Source: Gemmatimonadota bacterium (GTDB lineage: Bacteria; Gemmatimonadota; Gemmatimonadetes; Longimicrobiales; Gaopeijiaceae). From it: 64,000 nucleotides of DNA. Under the pieces are notes generated by a model. That model had not been told where the DNA came from and made no database searches. It saw only the letters and a program-made list of their open reading frames with translations. Positions within the stretch are counted from its first letter, which is position 1; each line of letters begins with the position of its first letter. The position numbers and the translations under genes are program-made. The DNA lies in contig JAXHMG010000003.1 in the NCBI GenBank assembly GCA_034521595.1, positions 480,001-544,000 of the forward strand, in the 5' to 3' direction. Positions 63,025 through 64,000 of the stretch are shown here, piece after piece.

Positions 63025-64000
63025 GTGAATCCGAGAGTCGCCCTGCTCGCGCTCAGCGCGACTGTCGCGGTCGTCGGCGGACCGGCGGTGGGAGGCGCCC
63101 GCGTGGCCGGCGTCGCTCCCGTCGGCATCGGCATGCCCTCCGACACGATTCTCCGTCGCGACCTGGACCGTCCTGCGGCCACCGTGCGGAGCGGCTTGGT
63201 GGCGCGCGAGGACGAGCCCCACGTGCGGCTGGGCCTTCGGAGGATTCCGGTTTCGCCGTCCGGCGTGGGATCGAGGGCCGAGCCCTTCCGTCCGGAGCGT
63301 TCGGTGGTGGTCCGGGGGCGGTTGGTGCCGGGGGGCTACGGGGTCGCCGCCACCGACTCCGTCGACGCGTTCGTCGGCGAAGCGCTACGACGGTGGGGAA
63401 GGGGACTCGGCGTTCCGTCGCCGGACACGAGCAGGTTCCTGCCGAGAGTCCAGCCACGAGAGACCGAACCCGTCCCGGCGGGTGACGAAGCACGCTTCGT
63501 CACCGAGTTCGCCGACATGGCGATGCGGGTCAGGAGCAGGATGGAGCTCGGGGGAGACTGGGCGCGATTCGAACCCTGCGACGCCCGTTTCAAGGAGAGC
63601 TGCACCCCGACGCTCGTCCCGCAGCTCAGCCCGGATTTCCTGTTCGGAGTGCAGCTCGACGGGACGATCGCGGAGCGGATCCGGGTGGACGTGGACTTCG
63701 ACCAGGCCCGTGAATTCGACGCCGCGAACCGCATCAACATCGCGTACGAGGGTGGGGAAGACGATATCCTGGAACGTCTCGACGTGGGGGACGTCACGTT
63801 CCGCCTTCCGCGTTCCCGGTTTCTCACCGAAGGGCTGCCCTCCGGCAACTTCGGATTCCAGGCCGAGGGGCAGCTCGGACCGGTGGACTTTCAGACGGTG
63901 TGGGCGCAGCAGCGTGGAGACCTGAACTCGCGGTCGTTCCGGCTCACGGGCGTCGGGGATCAGCGCGGCTTCGTGCAGGAAGACACGCTGGTGCTCGACG
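63025..64000 (+). CDS. sprA: SprA-like large outer-membrane protein (T9SS translocon family), 3' partial
   Basis: Frame 1 open to the window end and absent from the ORF track; GTIAERIRVDVDFDQAREFD..NRINIAYEGGEDDILERLDVGDVTF..GNFGFQAEGQLG..WAQQ. Confidence 0.8.
   Translation, partial: MNPRVALLALSATVAVVGGPAVGGARVAGVAPVGIGMPSDTILRRDLDRPAATVRSGLVAREDEPHVRLGLRRIPVSPSGVGSRAEPFRPERSVVVRGRLVPGGYGVAATDSVDAFVGEALRRWGRGLGVPSPDTSRFLPRVQPRETEPVPAGDEARFVTEFADMAMRVRSRMELGGDWARFEPCDARFKESCTPTLVPQLSPDFLFGVQLDGTIAERIRVDVDFDQAREFDAANRINIAYEGGEDDILERLDVGDVTFRLPRSRFLTEGLPSGNFGFQAEGQLGPVDFQTVWAQQRGDLNSRSFRLTGVGDQRGFVQEDTLVLD

Overview
This is a GC-rich, gene-dense chromosomal segment. Its gene content suggests Gemmatimonadota/Longimicrobiales, which is an inference. 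About 55 CDS are supported: a LysW-type amino-group-carrier operon (lysX/argX, lysY/argC, an EgtC-like Ntn hydrolase and a lysZ-lysJ fusion), three ECF sigma/anti-sigma modules, two TonB-dependent receptors, several peptidases, nfuA, glyQS, an NSS transporter with a distant 38-aa MetS-like subunit, nth, carB, priA, an HNH nuclease, a methionine cluster (metH, yitJ-like, extra MTHFR-like gene), a DapF-like protein, lptF/lptG and the start of sprA. No tRNA, rRNA, CRISPR array or transposase was recognised. The best leads are: (1) a class II glutamine-amidotransferase/gamma-glutamyl hydrolase in a LysW operon that shows no lysK in this window, a candidate non-orthologous LysK replacement; (2) a SAM-II-like riboswitch with an inserted hairpin, coupled to an intrinsic terminator ahead of metH; (3) an unrecognised ~150-nt highly structured element directly upstream of the HNH gene; (4) a DapF homologue with both catalytic Cys replaced by Ser. 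Frameshifts cluster at 22.9-26.1 kb and are probably sequence errors. All family calls come from motif recognition by eye; no searches were run.
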